Shown here one piece after another: positions 29,834 through 32,000 of a DNA stretch of 32,000 nt. The DNA comes from a cyanobacterium endosymbiont of Epithemia turgida isolate EtSB Lake Yunoko. GTDB lineage: Bacteria; Cyanobacteriota; Cyanobacteriia; Cyanobacteriales; Microcystaceae. Under the pieces are notes generated by a model. It was not told the DNA's origin, made no database searches, and saw only the letters and a program-made list of their open reading frames with translations. Where the stretch lies: contig NZ_AP012549.1 of the NCBI RefSeq assembly GCF_000829235.1, forward strand, positions 2,310,001 to 2,342,000, given 5' to 3'. Position numbers and translations under genes: made by a program. Numbering within the stretch: position 1 is the stretch's first letter; each line of letters opens with the position of its first letter.

Positions 29834-30406
29834 ATGTGGAACAAAAATGAAGTCATACGTTTTCCTCAAATTAAAAATTTATCTCCTTCATTAATTTTGT
29901 CTGATTTGTTTTGCTTCAAAAAGCAACAAACAAATATAACTCATCGTCAAAACACTCAAAAATTTAAGCATAATATAATAACTATTATTATTGAAAACAG
30001 TAGCTCAGAAAACCTCTTTTTCAAAGAAAGTAAATCTTGGAATGGACAGACAGGAACTTATCAAATACCACAGCATATAAATCCTGGAGAGTTAGTTACC
30101 TTTGATGTCAGAAAAGATTCCCTTGGAAAAAATAAAGGAGTTGTAATCTACCAAATAATGGATCACTATCGCCAAGATTATTTACTGATAATAGGCTGGT
30201 CATATCTTAATAGTGTTAAGCTGATAAATCACGCTTTTATTAAACTTATGTTAATAAAAGATTACCAACAAACAAATTTTAAAAAAATTCAAAATTGGAT
30301 TGATAATAGTAAAAGTCAATCTTGTTCAATTGTTAATAGATATTCAGCTTGCGCTAAAGCGATCACAAAAGGAAGTCTTCCCCTATGGGTTAATTGTCTT
30401 CATTGA
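29834..30406 (+). CDS. Orphan hypothetical protein; residues ~47-125 resemble an aegerolysin/Cry34-type beta-sandwich (tentative)
   Basis: A 190-codon open frame in very AT-rich DNA. NIITIIIENSSSENLFFKESKSWNGQ and PGELVTFDVRKDSLGKNKGVVIYQI...LLIIGW parallel aegerolysin strings such as WVIIIIHNVGSQDVKIKNLKASWGK and KLQINACGRSDAAEGTTGTFDL...YWDCPW, from recollection. No search was possible. Confidence 0.5.
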   Translation: MWNKNEVIRFPQIKNLSPSLILSDLFCFKKQQTNITHRQNTQKFKHNIITIIIENSSSENLFFKESKSWNGQTGTYQIPQHINPGELVTFDVRKDSLGKNKGVVIYQIMDHYRQDYLLIIGWSYLNSVKLINHAFIKLMLIKDYQQTNFKKIQNWIDNSKSQSCSIVNRYSACAKAITKGSLPLWVNCLH

Positions 30407-30954
30407 ATTCTATGTTAAGATATTTTTTAAAACGTTTTTTATTATTATAGCTAACTGAATCTAATTATCTTCTCAAACTATTTAAATATCTTCTCAAACT
30501 TCTCATAGTAACTGTTGAGTGTTTTTATGATTAGCTTTTTTTAAAATTTGTATCAAGTTGACAAATATCACTATTTTTTGATTAAAAGGAACGAAGTTTT
30601 TAGTTTAAACACTACAATTAATCCCTATTCAAAGCCAAGTAGCAAAATATTTAAACTTGTTAAACAAAAAATTATATTCTTTTCACTTAAATGAGTTTCT
30701 GCTTGACGGATAATCACATTAATATCAACACAAAACTCATAAGTATACTCTCTCGTACAAACCTGATTTTATTAGTAAATGTTAGCAATGATGCTCGTTC
30801 TATAGTCTCACTAAATTTGTAATACTGGATAACAGTATCATCACCATAATCAACACCGTCGTGATATTTATAACCTCCTAAAATATTTAACAATTCTCAA
30901 TATATACAAATTTGATCACTACGTGTCCTAATCAATATAGTTAGTAAGCATTAA

Positions 30955-31944
30955 TTATTCCTTCCCTAATCCTAATTCCAGTTTGAGTAACTGAATTGAT
31001 TTATCTCCAATGTAATTTTCAGAACAAATGACATGAGGGGGACGAATGATGTCATCTCTAATAGCTCGAATAGCTTGTTTAACAATAGGATAACTAGCGG
31101 GATCACTAATAATTGTTTGGGCTGAACGAACTAATCCCCTAAGTTTAACATGGTCGCTTGCCTGAGCTGAAATTAATAATAAATCATCTCCCCGCAAGCT
31201 ATGAATAAGGATTTCTGCTACAGTTAATATCCCTGGACTGAGACTAACAATCCCTAAACGGGTGTCTAAAGGCAAATCCTTAATAATAGTTAGTTCTTGA
31301 CTGTAATCATAAATATTTAGAGGGATAACCCGGATGGCAAACGGAGACGCAATAGATTCGGCATCAGCAAAAAAATAGCTACTTGTAACTACGGTTCCTG
31401 ATTTAGTTTCAATTAGAACCTGAGCTAATTCTTCGAGAGGAACTAATTGTACGGGAATCGCTAAAGCTTTTTCTAGTTCTTGTAATATCAACTCCCCTGC
31501 TCCTAAATCTTTAGTAGGAACTGTGACCAATACCTGCGCACTACAACGTAAACGCCAATCAAGAGCTGCTAGAAATAATTCCTTAACCTGAGAAATTGTT
31601 AATCCTTGCCACAACAACTCATCAAGGCTTTTTTGAACTAACTGACTAGCTTCAGGATATTGATCAAATACAGGAAAAGCAGGGAGTGTTCCCCCTTCAT
31701 TTCCTTGAACCTTAACGTAGATACCTGAGCCAGCAATAGATTCTACTAGACTAGCTTCCTCCAATTGTTGATAGACTTTACTAATTGTGTTGCGATGAAG
31801 TCCTGTGATAGTAGCTAATTGTCGCGTACTGGGTAAGCGATGGCCCGGAGGGTATTGACGAGAAGCAATAGAAAAGCGAATTTGGTCAAATAACTGCTTA
31901 GAAGAGGGTATATCACTATCAGACTGTATTTGAAATTGAAGCAT
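30955..31944 (-). CDS. GntR-family transcriptional regulator, cyanobacterial PlmA-like
   Basis: I start at the ATG MLQFQIQSDSDIPSSKQLFDQIRFSIASRQYPPGHRLPSTRQLATITGLHRNTISKVYQQLEEASLVESIAGSGIYV; the tracked ORF begins 3 codons earlier at TTG. This is a classic GntR winged-HTH. The ~250-aa C-terminal domain and ~329-aa length fit the PlmA subfamily as I recall it. Confidence 0.85.
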   Translation of the reverse strand: MLQFQIQSDSDIPSSKQLFDQIRFSIASRQYPPGHRLPSTRQLATITGLHRNTISKVYQQLEEASLVESIAGSGIYVKVQGNEGGTLPAFPVFDQYPEASQLVQKSLDELLWQGLTISQVKELFLAALDWRLRCSAQVLVTVPTKDLGAGELILQELEKALAIPVQLVPLEELAQVLIETKSGTVVTSSYFFADAESIASPFAIRVIPLNIYDYSQELTIIKDLPLDTRLGIVSLSPGILTVAEILIHSLRGDDLLLISAQASDHVKLRGLVRSAQTIISDPASYPIVKQAIRAIRDDIIRPPHVICSENYIGDKSIQLLKLELGLGKE

Positions 31945-32000
31945 GTCAACCAAGTCGAGGTAAAAGTCAACAAGACAGCAAGACTTTAGATGTTATTTTA

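Noticed and set aside
30466-30500. 14-nt direct repeat TATCTTCTCAAACT x2 with 21-nt period downstream of the orphan ORF
   Set aside because: It is real in the sequence, but there are only two copies and no associated gene start or dyad. That is insufficient to assign a function.
30714-30896. 61-codon minus-strand open frame (..LLNILGGYKYHDGVDYGDDTVIQYYKFSETIERASLLTFTNKIRFVRE..) with an internal AGGAGG
   Set aside because: It reads as protein-like, but it has no ATG start, I recognise no family, and the length is within chance expectation. It may be another gene carcass, but that is unsupported.

Overview
AT-rich cyanobacterial chromosome segment with low coding density: by my annotation about 55% intact CDS and about 11% recognisable pseudogenes, the rest AT-rich spacer. 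Intact genes are housekeeping or respiratory: coaX, ilvD, a Get3/ArsA-type ATPase with a C-terminal alpha-crystallin-like domain, ctaC-ctaD-ctaE (CuA-containing cytochrome c oxidase), an ftsL-like gene plus ftsI/PBP, nadB, ndhF-ndhD of the CO2-uptake NDH-1 type, an ABC-2 permease and a PlmA-like GntR regulator. The main result is that the whole beta-carboxysome/RuBisCO cluster (ccmK, ccmK, ccmL, a possible ccmM stub, rbcL, rbcX, rbcS; 24559-28599, + strand) survives only as syntenic pseudogenes with nonsense codons, frameshifts and deletions. ccmM/ccmN are essentially gone, no cupA/cupB-like gene follows ndhD, and cobS is also a multi-lesion pseudogene. My inference, not verifiable without a search, is a cyanobacterium that has abandoned CO2 fixation and is in mid-stage reductive evolution. 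That pattern fits the N2-fixing spheroid-body endosymbionts of rhopalodiacean diatoms (Crocosphaera/Cyanothece/Rippkaea relatives). Other observations: five spacers of very similar size (1173-1251 nt); several long perfect or near-perfect palindromes, roughly one per spacer; a two-copy paralogous noncoding element; and an orphan 190-codon ORF resembling aegerolysin/Cry34-type proteins. I recognised no rRNA, tRNA, CRISPR array or transposase.
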